A DNA stretch of 64,000 nucleotides, taken from NCBI GenBank assembly GCA_049322915.1, contig JBMOPW010000019.1, forward strand, positions 1 through 64,000, written 5' to 3'. Position 1 is the first letter of the stretch, and each line of letters starts with the position of its first letter. This document shows, one piece after another, positions 50,024 through 58,942 of this stretch. The DNA comes from Candidatus Zhuqueibacterota bacterium. GTDB lineage: Bacteria; Zhuqueibacterota; Zhuqueibacteria; Thermofontimicrobiales; Thermofontimicrobiaceae. A program made the translations under genes and the position numbers. A model generated the notes under the pieces. That model was not told the DNA's origin. It saw only the letters and a list, made by a program, of their open reading frames with translations, and did not search any database.

Positions 50024-50800
50024 TTATAATTTTATGACCTCAGACTGAGGTGGTATCTGAATGACGAAATCTTCCGGTTGCAATGGCTTGTTCAACTCGC
50101 GGCTGGAGAAGAAGATCGTCAGCCGGGTTTTCTGCATCGGCTGCGTAATGCGAATGATTTTGGGAACATAGACGCGATTCAGCTTTTCAATCTGGCTGTA
50201 TTCGAACTGAATCCACGGTTCGCCCTGTGTATCGAAGACGTGACAGGCAGTGACGACAAAGCGTTTCGCGTCGATCCAGTACTTCACTTTTTTATCGCCT
50301 GACATGCCGGACACGACGTAGCGATTCCCGTCCACACGGAGTGGCTCCAGCGCTGACGCATCAATTGTTTGAATGCCTGCGAACAACCGAAGCACCTGGT
50401 CCAACTGAATTTCGATGGGCAAAAATGCCGACAAATCCAGGCTATCCGGCTGGCCTGTATAAACGATATTTTCCCAGGAATTCTGCAGAATGAATTGATG
50501 GCTATCCAGAAATACCGAACCGACTTTCAACCCGAACGGCGCTCGCAGTGAGATGTACAGAGAATCCGGCTTTTGGATGAGTATCTGTGAATTCGCCTGA
50601 AAGCTCATTTTTGGCGACTCGACCATGAACTGGGCTCTGGCCTTCATGGATTTCAATTGCAGGTAGTTCTTCTCCACCCGTTCGCAGATGCTGTCAATGG
50701 TGATATTGTCCAGCCGCAGCCGCGATGTGGTGGACATCCGGGCGCAGTTTGCCAGCAGCACCACAATGATGCTCCCAATCAGAAGCGATCCTCGTTTCAA
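50024..50800 (-). CDS. DUF4292-like lipoprotein
   Basis: Lipobox LANC; KPDSLYISLRAPFG, YVPKIIRI; downstream of a TPR gene. Confidence 0.7.
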   Translation of the reverse strand: MKRGSLLIGSIIVVLLANCARMSTTSRLRLDNITIDSICERVEKNYLQLKSMKARAQFMVESPKMSFQANSQILIQKPDSLYISLRAPFGLKVGSVFLDSHQFILQNSWENIVYTGQPDSLDLSAFLPIEIQLDQVLRLFAGIQTIDASALEPLRVDGNRYVVSGMSGDKKVKYWIDAKRFVVTACHVFDTQGEPWIQFEYSQIEKLNRVYVPKIIRITQPMQKTRLTIFFSSRELNKPLQPEDFVIQIPPQSEVIKL

Positions 50801-50881
50801 ACCGACCTCACGTTCGTTTCAGGCACGTACTTCTGCCGACGTGTTACAGCCTCATTCATGATGAACGACTCCGGCCGGGCG

Positions 50882-52573
50882 CTAATGTTCATTGATTTTC
50901 CTGAGAATATCGTCCCGTTCAGCATCCAGATCCAGCGCCTTTTTCCAATAGATTTTGGCGTTGGTCACATCGTTCAATTTCAAGTATACATCGCCGAGGT
51001 GTTCCATCACTTCCGCGGATTGATCCCGGAATTGAACCGCCCTGGTGATATACTCCAGCGCTTTTTGCGCATCTCCCAGCTTGAAATAGATCCATCCCAG
51101 GGTGTCGAGATAGGCGCCGTTCGTCGAATCGACGGCAACGGCTCGTTGCGCCAGGTCCAGGGCAAAGTCCAGGTTTTGTCCGCGACAGCTGAGACTGTAG
51201 CTGTAATTATTCATCAGCAGATCATTATCCGGCTTCAATTCCAATGCCCGCTCGTATAGGCTATCCGATTGGGTGAACATTCCTTTTTCGTCGAGAATCA
51301 TCGCCAGGGCGCCAATCGCATCGACAAAATCAGGGTTGATCTGGAGGCAGCGTTCCAGAAGAGGAATCGCTTCATCGAATTTTTTCTTTTGGTTGAGAAT
51401 CGATCCCAGGAAAAAGTTGATGTTGACGTCATCCGGAAAAATGGCCACAGCCTTGCGAAAATGTTCCTCGCCTTCGTCCAGCCGCTCATTTCTCAGATAA
51501 ATGAAACCCAGCAGCATCCAACCATTCTTGGAATTCTCATTCTTCTCCAGCGATTTCTTGAAATAGGGTTCAGCCGCGTCCCAGTCAGCCTGTTGATAAT
51601 ACAAATATCCGACGCTGTAGTAGGCGCGAAAATCGTCTGGAAATTTTTGTATCGTTTTCATGAATTCATCGAGCGCCCTTGCCGTGTCCCCTTTCTGGTA
51701 ATAAAGCTCGCCCAGCCGGAGAAAATTCTCAATTTTATTTTCATCGGAGTTGACACTGCGCTGCAACAGCGAAATAGCCTCGCCCCACTTTTTCTGTCCG
51801 ATGTAAAGATCCCGCAATTCCTCAAGGCAGGTTGTAAAGGTTGGGTCTTTTTCAATGCCTTTCAAATACCAGTTGATTGCAGTGGCTGTATCTGACTGCG
51901 CCATGGAGAGCTTGGCCATGCCAAGATACGAGCGTTCATCATCCGGATACTCATCCAATAAATCCTTAAAAACATGCGTTGCCTTATCCAGCAAATTATT
52001 TTTGAGGTAAATATTACCAATCTGGATGTTCATCTCCGGCGCGCCATAGCCCATTCCAATCATTTTCTGGTACTCATTCGCCACATCCAATTCTTTGCCC
52101 TGGGCCAGATAAATCGTAATCAGCGAGTAGCGGGAGTCCATGTCGTCCGGGTCCAACTCAATCAGTTTTTTGAATATGGCCTCAGCTTTATCCAGGTCGT
52201 GTCTGGCGTAATAAATTGCCGCCAGCATCTGGTAGGATTCGATATCGCCGGAGAAACGCCGAACCGCCTGCAACAGCAGTCTTTCCGCGCTTTCTAATTT
52301 TTGCAGCTTGATGTATTGCTCGGCAACTTTGTTGTAAATAGTCACGGACGAGGAATCGTACAAAAGCGCTTCGGAGTAATCAAGCAGCGCAGACTTGTAA
52401 TCCTCGCGCATTTCATTGATCGACCCCTTGATGAAATACTGAACCGCTTTGGGATTTCCCGGCGCCTGAATTTTTTCATCAGCATCTTTTTCTTTTTGCA
52501 TGTGTCTGTGACCGGCACAACTTGCAATCACACTCACAAAAAAAAGTAACATGAGTAATTTTCTATTTTTCAT
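50882..52573 (-). CDS. TPR-repeat lipoprotein
   Basis: Lipobox IASC; many TPRs; NNYSYSL..AYLDTLGWIYF..EHLGDVY. Confidence 0.92.
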   Translation of the reverse strand: MKNRKLLMLLFFVSVIASCAGHRHMQKEKDADEKIQAPGNPKAVQYFIKGSINEMREDYKSALLDYSEALLYDSSSVTIYNKVAEQYIKLQKLESAERLLLQAVRRFSGDIESYQMLAAIYYARHDLDKAEAIFKKLIELDPDDMDSRYSLITIYLAQGKELDVANEYQKMIGMGYGAPEMNIQIGNIYLKNNLLDKATHVFKDLLDEYPDDERSYLGMAKLSMAQSDTATAINWYLKGIEKDPTFTTCLEELRDLYIGQKKWGEAISLLQRSVNSDENKIENFLRLGELYYQKGDTARALDEFMKTIQKFPDDFRAYYSVGYLYYQQADWDAAEPYFKKSLEKNENSKNGWMLLGFIYLRNERLDEGEEHFRKAVAIFPDDVNINFFLGSILNQKKKFDEAIPLLERCLQINPDFVDAIGALAMILDEKGMFTQSDSLYERALELKPDNDLLMNNYSYSLSCRGQNLDFALDLAQRAVAVDSTNGAYLDTLGWIYFKLGDAQKALEYITRAVQFRDQSAEVMEHLGDVYLKLNDVTNAKIYWKKALDLDAERDDILRKINEH

Positions 52574-53138
52574 TGTAACTCCGAATCAAAGAGAAGCATT
52601 TTAGCGGACATTCAACTTCAAAGAAAATTAATAAGTTCTATAAAACTAATAGCATTTAACTTTGCTCAATTATGGAAGTTTCAAAAAAGAATGCACAGGA
52701 GAAACTCATCCTCGGGATATTTCGACGCTGTTGTCTTTGCAAATGCCGGCGCACCCATTCCTTGAAACAAACAGCAATGACCCACCATGTCATTGACCGG
52801 AAAAACCGATCAGGCTGCCGACTCGAGCCGGATGGGGCTCCCTCTCCATTCTTTGATGAACTCCGTCGCGCTGTTGAATGACGTCGAACCAATATCCGAT
52901 GTTAAGGCGCCTAAGTATACTAATAAATTCATTAAAAGTAAAGGAAAAAAACCTGACGCACCCATCACTGCCGAGGCGCGAAAACGCACTTCACCTGATT
53001 TGAATCATTATTGTTTTTTAATAATTGGTATATTGAAAATGTAACTTAGCTATTGTATTTTAAATTCGAATTTATTAAATTCACGCTGATTTTTCATAAT
53101 TATCACATTCTTCAGGCAGTTAAATAGGAAGCCACATC

Positions 53139-55754
53139 ATGAAGAAATATTTTCAACTAGTAATTTTAATTTGTTCATGGATCATTGTCACACAGAGCCA
53201 CGCGCGGGATATCTCGTTCGTGTCCAGTCCGGCCGATACGCTCGACCATCGGGAATACGTCTGGCAGTCGGGGAATTCATCCCGTCCCATTATTCCGCTG
53301 GATGGCGTCTGGGAATATCGCATCCGCGAAAAAGACCCGTGGAAAAATGTGGTCTTGCCGGCGCATACCGATTATTTGGGAGAGATCACCTTCAGAAAAA
53401 GTTTTGTGCCTGACTCTGTATTCACTGCGCATTATTTCCGTCTTGTCTGTTATGGGATCAACCATTACAGCATGATTTTCATCAACAATAAATTTATCAG
53501 CAGTCACTCCAGCGGCTATAATTCATTCTATTTGAATATTGCCGAGAACGTCATTAAAGTCAACCAGAAAAATGTCATCGAAATAAAAGTGGACACCCGT
53601 CTCGATGCGCGTAAGACCATTCCCCAGAAATTTCAGATGGATGGCGTGAAGGCAACCCAGGGCGTGTTTCGTTCGCTCTATTTTCTGGCGCTGCCGGAAT
53701 TTTCCATCGAAAAAGCATCTGTCATGTCCCGGCTTTCTCATGATTACGGGGAATGTGATATTGATTTATCCCTCGAATTGAAGGACCGAATCGACAATGC
53801 CATCGCGCCGGACATCCCCCGGACAGGCAAAAGCGGATTGGAATGCCAGTTAGAATTACTGGAGCAGAACAATCCTGTTCCGGTCGTCGTCCAGACCGCC
53901 AAAATTCCATTTGAAAATTATCAACTGACCCGAACCGTTGAGGCCAGCCTGAAATTGAAGCAGCCCCGATTGTGGAGCCCGGAAGCGCCTCATTTGTACG
54001 CATTGAAGATTCAGCTATTGAACGACAAACAAGTTTTGGATGAGTCGATGCACACGTTCGGCGTCAGGGATTTGCAACTGGCCGGCGGCAATATCGCGCT
54101 GAATGGCCAGCGCATCGTTTTGAAAGGCATCAACTGGTACGAGGATTATGCAACAGCAGGCGCGCTGCTGGACCGACACCAGCTTTATGCAGCGCTGTCG
54201 GCGATGAAGCACCTCAACGCCAACGCGGTGCGGGTTGTGAACCATCCCCCCCATCCCATGTTCACAGCGCTGTGCGACAGCCTGGGATTGATAGTTTTGC
54301 AGGATATTCCGGTGCAGTGGGTGCCGCCTCAAATTCTGGATACAGATCTGTTCAGAAAACACAGCATCGACTATCTGAATGAAATCATCGCTCGCGACGG
54401 TGATCATGTGTCTGTGCTCGGCTGGGGTTTCGGCGGAGGATTTTACGGAGTCGACCCGCATTACGCAAACTACATCAGCAAAGTGCTGGAAGAGACGCAG
54501 AGCAATCATCTGTTTTATCTCTGGAATACGCCTTCCAACCTCCCGCCGGTCGCCGATACCTCGCTCATCCACGGGCTCTCGGTGTTTGGCTTGAAACGGA
54601 AAAAGATCGAACAGGCCATTCCTGTCTGGCTGCGCCAGAATCGGAATGAGATCAATCTCGTTTTGTCCTACGGCGCTCCCAAGCTTGCCACGCCATTCTC
54701 CGGCAATGACAATGTGCTCTATGAAGAGTACCAGGTCTTGCAGCTTGTAGAAGCCTGGCAAACCATCAACAGTCACCCGGAAATCGATGGTTATTTTCTC
54801 AGTTCCCTGTCCGATTATTACGGCAATTATCCATCCGGGAACTATGGGCCGAGTGGGGACTTTTTTGTACGTCCCACCGGTCTCACGGATTTAGCTCAGA
54901 AAACCAGAATTGCCTATGAGACAATTCGCTCGCTCTATCAGGAAGGGAAGTGTCGCTACAATCCGGGAGTTGAAATTAAAACCGATTCGCCCGGCATTTT
55001 TCCCATCGTGGGCATTCTGGTGCTATTGATACTTCTTTTTATGATCAACACGCGGCGATATTTCAGAGAGAATTTCAAGCGGATTTTCATCCATCCCCAC
55101 GGTTTTTATGTGGACATGAGAGACGGAAGAAAGATACCGCCAACGCACACGTTATTTATGGCCCTGTTCGTGGCCACAGGTTCCGGGATGGTGCTCTCAT
55201 CCATGCTTTACTTTTTCAACGCGCACCCTCACATCGACCATTTGCTCACCCTGATTGCACCGGGCATCGGAACCAAGACGAGCCTTTCCGAGTTGAGCTG
55301 GCAACCGGGCTGGGCCACATTCGTCTTTGCCCTGCTCACGCTCGCATCGTTTTTAGTGCTATCTTTGATCATTAAACTCACTGCCATCATCATCGGTAAG
55401 AGATTCCCGCTCAGTCAGGCATTAACCCTGCCGATCTGGGTCAGCGCTCATTATCTGATCTGCGTCATCCTGGGAATGATCCTGTTCCGTGTATTCCAGA
55501 TAGACGGGTTCATCGCGCCCATTTTCCTGATCATCGCGGCCTTGCACGCCTGGTTCATTTTCAGGTTGATCCGCGCCATTCGGGTGATTTACACATGGTC
55601 GTTCATCCGATCGCTTCTATTTCTCATTTTCGTCTTTGGGATCATTTTCGTAAGCGCCTATTATTACTATCAGCATCATTCTGCGCTGTGGGATTATGTG
55701 AATTATTACTATCAACTTTATGGCAACACGGTTCTGAGTACCTTTGTAATGTGA
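53139..55754 (+). CDS. GH2-like protein (catalytic Glu apparently lost) with a C-terminal multi-TM domain
   Basis: IPLDGVW, PRLWSPEAPHLY, FGVR, LNG..IVLKGIN, NANAVR, LCDSLG; about 6 C-terminal TMs. Confidence 0.85.
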   Translation: MKKYFQLVILICSWIIVTQSHARDISFVSSPADTLDHREYVWQSGNSSRPIIPLDGVWEYRIREKDPWKNVVLPAHTDYLGEITFRKSFVPDSVFTAHYFRLVCYGINHYSMIFINNKFISSHSSGYNSFYLNIAENVIKVNQKNVIEIKVDTRLDARKTIPQKFQMDGVKATQGVFRSLYFLALPEFSIEKASVMSRLSHDYGECDIDLSLELKDRIDNAIAPDIPRTGKSGLECQLELLEQNNPVPVVVQTAKIPFENYQLTRTVEASLKLKQPRLWSPEAPHLYALKIQLLNDKQVLDESMHTFGVRDLQLAGGNIALNGQRIVLKGINWYEDYATAGALLDRHQLYAALSAMKHLNANAVRVVNHPPHPMFTALCDSLGLIVLQDIPVQWVPPQILDTDLFRKHSIDYLNEIIARDGDHVSVLGWGFGGGFYGVDPHYANYISKVLEETQSNHLFYLWNTPSNLPPVADTSLIHGLSVFGLKRKKIEQAIPVWLRQNRNEINLVLSYGAPKLATPFSGNDNVLYEEYQVLQLVEAWQTINSHPEIDGYFLSSLSDYYGNYPSGNYGPSGDFFVRPTGLTDLAQKTRIAYETIRSLYQEGKCRYNPGVEIKTDSPGIFPIVGILVLLILLFMINTRRYFRENFKRIFIHPHGFYVDMRDGRKIPPTHTLFMALFVATGSGMVLSSMLYFFNAHPHIDHLLTLIAPGIGTKTSLSELSWQPGWATFVFALLTLASFLVLSLIIKLTAIIIGKRFPLSQALTLPIWVSAHYLICVILGMILFRVFQIDGFIAPIFLIIAALHAWFIFRLIRAIRVIYTWSFIRSLLFLIFVFGIIFVSAYYYYQHHSALWDYVNYYYQLYGNTVLSTFVM

Positions 55755-55834
55755 TTTGAAACTTTAAAGTTGAATTCGAGTTAATGAAAATAGCTCATTA
55801 ATTTCCACATTGGATAACTATTTTCACAAATGCC

Positions 55835-57670
55835 ATGAGTCTAACAAAACACGTGTTACCCACTCTCACTCTGATGATGTTGTTAGTTTTCATATCTCAC
55901 AAAGAGTCCTGTTCTGCCGGAGTGGATTCTTTGCGGAATCCTCAGAACCCGGTACAGGAATTGGAGAAACGCGTTCTCGAATTTGAGCGCACCTTTTACG
56001 CGTCGTGTTTGCTGGACTCAGCGCAGTTGCATTATGGGAAAACTCTGTTCGATAGTCTGATTCATCGCTACCTCACTGTTCATTCTCAAGTTCCGAAGCG
56101 ATCCTTTGACCGAATTGCTTTCACCTATCTGGAGAAATGGAAAAGTCTGAGAACATTTCATCAGTTTTCAACCGCTACGTTCAGCGACAGTGAAAGGATC
56201 GGGTTCAGCAAGATTTTTATAGATAACTATGACCGGCTGCAAAAACACTATAAGCAGCATTTCCCAAAAGACGCTGCAAATGAGGGAAATAGCACTCAAC
56301 TCGAAAATTACGAACCAGACTTTCCCAATGATGTTTCAGCGTTCAATCAAAACCTGTTGTTATTCCTGACGCTGCAACAACCCATCACGGTCAGCTTTCT
56401 GCAGCAAAGTTTTCTGAACGAGCACGAGGCGCTGTTAGACTACTGGATTTACAACGATGAATTCTATGTTTTCATCGTGACGGCTGATTCGTTTTTATCG
56501 ATGCACTGGGAAGTACCGGTTCAGGAAGTGGGTGCGGATGCCGGCCAGTTGATCGCTGCTTTAACCAAATCCAAAAATCTGCTGGAGCTTGAATTCGATT
56601 ATGCGCTTGCTCACCGATTGTATCACGCATTGTTCGAACCCATTCAGCCGTACATCCAGCAATATGAAGTGATCCTGCTGATCCCGGACGGTTTCCTGAC
56701 AGGTTTCCCGTTTGAAACGCTGATAACCGATACCACGATCACCAGGAAAATCGACAGGAACATTTACTACCATTGCTATAGCAAATTCCATTACCTGTTG
56801 AATCGTTACGCATTCTGTTATAACTCATCAGCGGCAGAAATGCTTCCGGTTCCGTCGCATCAATTTTCGCCCTCTAAAAAAAGTCGTCGCCTCCTCACCA
56901 TGAGCGAGCCAGTCCTGTGGGACTCCATACCTGAAGCAATGAGTCTTGACTTTAAAGAAAAATTGGCCCAATCGACTGATCACACCTCTGAGGAAATTAA
57001 GCGTCTTTCGCGTTTGCTCTGGCATCACGACAACCTGAAGATGGAGCAGACAACCCGCGATGAATTTTTGAAAATTGGCAATGACTATCTGTGGCTGTAC
57101 ATTGCCCTGCCCGGCTTGCTGGACAATCAAGCGCCGATGAATTCGGGGATACTCTTTTCCCGGCACTCTGTTCATGATTCCAACTGGTGTTCAGCCCGGG
57201 AAATGACTGGATCCTTTTTAACTTCAGATATGCTGACCCTGAGTCACAGCGCTGTTTTTCCGACGTATGGAATCGAAAATCCCGGGCTGCTGACTTTGCC
57301 CCAATCCTTCCTATTCGCCGGAGTGAAGTCAGTGGCGTTCAGCCTGTGGGAAGTGAACAGCTTTTCAACCAGTCAGTTCATGTCCAAGTTTTACTGGGAG
57401 TTGAAATATAAACGTCAGACAAATGTCCGGGCGCTGCGCGAGGCAAAAATCGCGTCTATGAAAGATGTATTCGAATTCTCCGATAAACACATTTCCAGGG
57501 CGCACCCCTATTTCTGGGCCGGATTTGAGCTAATTGGCAATCCGAAAATCAGACCGCCTTCGACAACCAAAGTGCCCTACTGGGCAGTGATTATTGCAGT
57601 GTACGTCATCGTCATCGTTTCGGCCCTCATCATCACGCGGCGAACAGTCCCCGCGCGAAATGAATCATGA
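55835..57670 (+). CDS. Membrane-anchored CHAT-domain protein, degenerate active site
   Basis: LYHALFEPI, LIPDG.L..FPFE.L, F.FAGVKSV..SLWEV, ALREAK, HPYFWAGF.L.G; signal peptide and C-terminal TM. Confidence 0.85.
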   Translation: MSLTKHVLPTLTLMMLLVFISHKESCSAGVDSLRNPQNPVQELEKRVLEFERTFYASCLLDSAQLHYGKTLFDSLIHRYLTVHSQVPKRSFDRIAFTYLEKWKSLRTFHQFSTATFSDSERIGFSKIFIDNYDRLQKHYKQHFPKDAANEGNSTQLENYEPDFPNDVSAFNQNLLLFLTLQQPITVSFLQQSFLNEHEALLDYWIYNDEFYVFIVTADSFLSMHWEVPVQEVGADAGQLIAALTKSKNLLELEFDYALAHRLYHALFEPIQPYIQQYEVILLIPDGFLTGFPFETLITDTTITRKIDRNIYYHCYSKFHYLLNRYAFCYNSSAAEMLPVPSHQFSPSKKSRRLLTMSEPVLWDSIPEAMSLDFKEKLAQSTDHTSEEIKRLSRLLWHHDNLKMEQTTRDEFLKIGNDYLWLYIALPGLLDNQAPMNSGILFSRHSVHDSNWCSAREMTGSFLTSDMLTLSHSAVFPTYGIENPGLLTLPQSFLFAGVKSVAFSLWEVNSFSTSQFMSKFYWELKYKRQTNVRALREAKIASMKDVFEFSDKHISRAHPYFWAGFELIGNPKIRPPSTTKVPYWAVIIAVYVIVIVSALIITRRTVPARNES

Positions 57671-57873
57671 TCCACCCGCTCGATCATGGTGAGAATGGAT
57701 GCCAGGCCATCTGGCCGGCACCGATGCAATCCATGATCGCAACAGCGTGTCATCATCTTCGCGGTGCACTCTTTTTTCCATCCGGCGAGAAATGTCTTTT
57801 GGCGACCGGCTCCCCTTGATTTTTTCATTCTGAGGTCACAATCCAGTCTATCGGACTGAGCGGAATCTTATTT

Positions 57874-58314
57874 ATGAAAACGATGCACAACGACGTACAG
57901 ACTGTCCCCCACTACGATGTCGCTGCTGGTCTCATTGTTCGTGACAGTCGAATTCTCATCGCGCAACGGATGAAACATGATGCCTTCGGCGGAAAGTGGG
58001 AATTTCCCGGCGGGAAAAAAAAGCTGAATGAGACACTGGAGCAGTGTCTGGTTCGGGAAATTCTGGAGGAATTGAATTTTCATATTCAAGTCGATCGCTT
58101 TCTTTTCAGCCTGACTCACACGTACAACCACCTGCACATCACGCTGCATCTTTTTCTCTGTTCGATAGAGAGCGGTCAGCCGCAACCGAAGCAGGTGCAA
58201 AACTTCCGCTGGATCGCATTCGAAGAATTGGACAGATATCATTTCACCCTGGCCGACCAGGTGGCGATCGCTCAATTATCCGATCTATTGAAAACCGGGC
58301 AGGTAGTGCTTTAG
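57874..58314 (+). CDS. MutT/NudG-like NUDIX hydrolase
   Basis: ILIAQR, GKWEFPGGK....ET..CLVREILEEL, F..AD. Confidence 0.9.
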   Translation: MKTMHNDVQTVPHYDVAAGLIVRDSRILIAQRMKHDAFGGKWEFPGGKKKLNETLEQCLVREILEELNFHIQVDRFLFSLTHTYNHLHITLHLFLCSIESGQPQPKQVQNFRWIAFEELDRYHFTLADQVAIAQLSDLLKTGQVVL

Positions 58315-58361
58315 TATCTGACAAATAATTTTCTGGCTTTTTTGGGCAGAAAATTTTAATA

Positions 58362-58768
58362 CTTTTTTTGTAACTGCACAGCCATCAAGTCTCAAAGGCG
58401 CGAAGAAAAAAATACATCTAACCTGAATTATTCATGAACTTGCTCAGAATTTGAGTCAACATTCAGATTTTCAATTAGCTAAAAGCTAAGCTATTTTGTA
58501 ACTCAGTTTTTATACGTTTATTCTAAAAAGAGCACCATTCAGGTTAGCCAGCCTTCTTTAAAAATACTATGAATAATGCAGGCTGAATTATCGATTCAGA
58601 AAAGATGAACGTGGTTTAAAAAAATGAATTGCCCAAAATACGAACGAATAAAATGACATCTTCGTGCAACGTTGTAGCTTCGTGATTTCGCGGCAAGACG
58701 ACATGCCTGAATAGCGACGAAAATACATTTTAACCCTGAACCGGGAACCTGAGTAGATACCTTTTTTT
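58362..58768. mobile_element. Degenerate 391-bp MITE (58370-58760) with IS66-like ends
   Basis: Ends gtaactgcacag / ctgagtagatac (9/12); identical 8-bp flanks cttttttt at 58362-58369 and 58761-58768 (low complexity). Confidence 0.5.
58422..58582. mobile_element. 161-bp MITE with IS1380-like TIRs, nested in the element above
   Basis: cctgaattattcat / atgaataatgcagg (13/14); flanks ctaa/ctga. Confidence 0.65.
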
Positions 58769-58884
58769 AATAGAACACGGATAATCCACCAAACAAACGG
58801 CGGACGTACCGCACTGATGACACAGATTTACCCATATAAAGAATCCGCGAAGATCAGCGTCATCCGCGTCATCAGCGTTCTATT
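58769..58884. repeat. Fold-back repeat with tandem 9-mers
   Basis: aatagaacacggat/atcagcgttctatt (12/14); atcagcgtc-atccgcgtc-atcagcgtt at 58853-58879. Confidence 0.6.
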
Positions 58885-58942
58885 TCTTTTTTGGTTCAGG
58901 CTCGTCCTGGTTGGGTTCCCGAAACTGAATGACCATTGATCT

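Noticed and set aside
55835..57670. CHAT protein as part of an anti-phage (Craspase/caspase-gasdermin) system
   Set aside because: It is exported, lacks the catalytic dyad, and has no cas, gasdermin or NLR-like neighbours.
58843..58880. Tandem short repeats as a CRISPR array
   Set aside because: The units are 9 bp with no spacers, and there are no cas genes in the window.
58735..58900. 8-bp IR cctgaacc/ggttcagg as the ends of another element
   Set aside because: It is short, its left arm lies inside the IS66-like element, and there is no target duplication.
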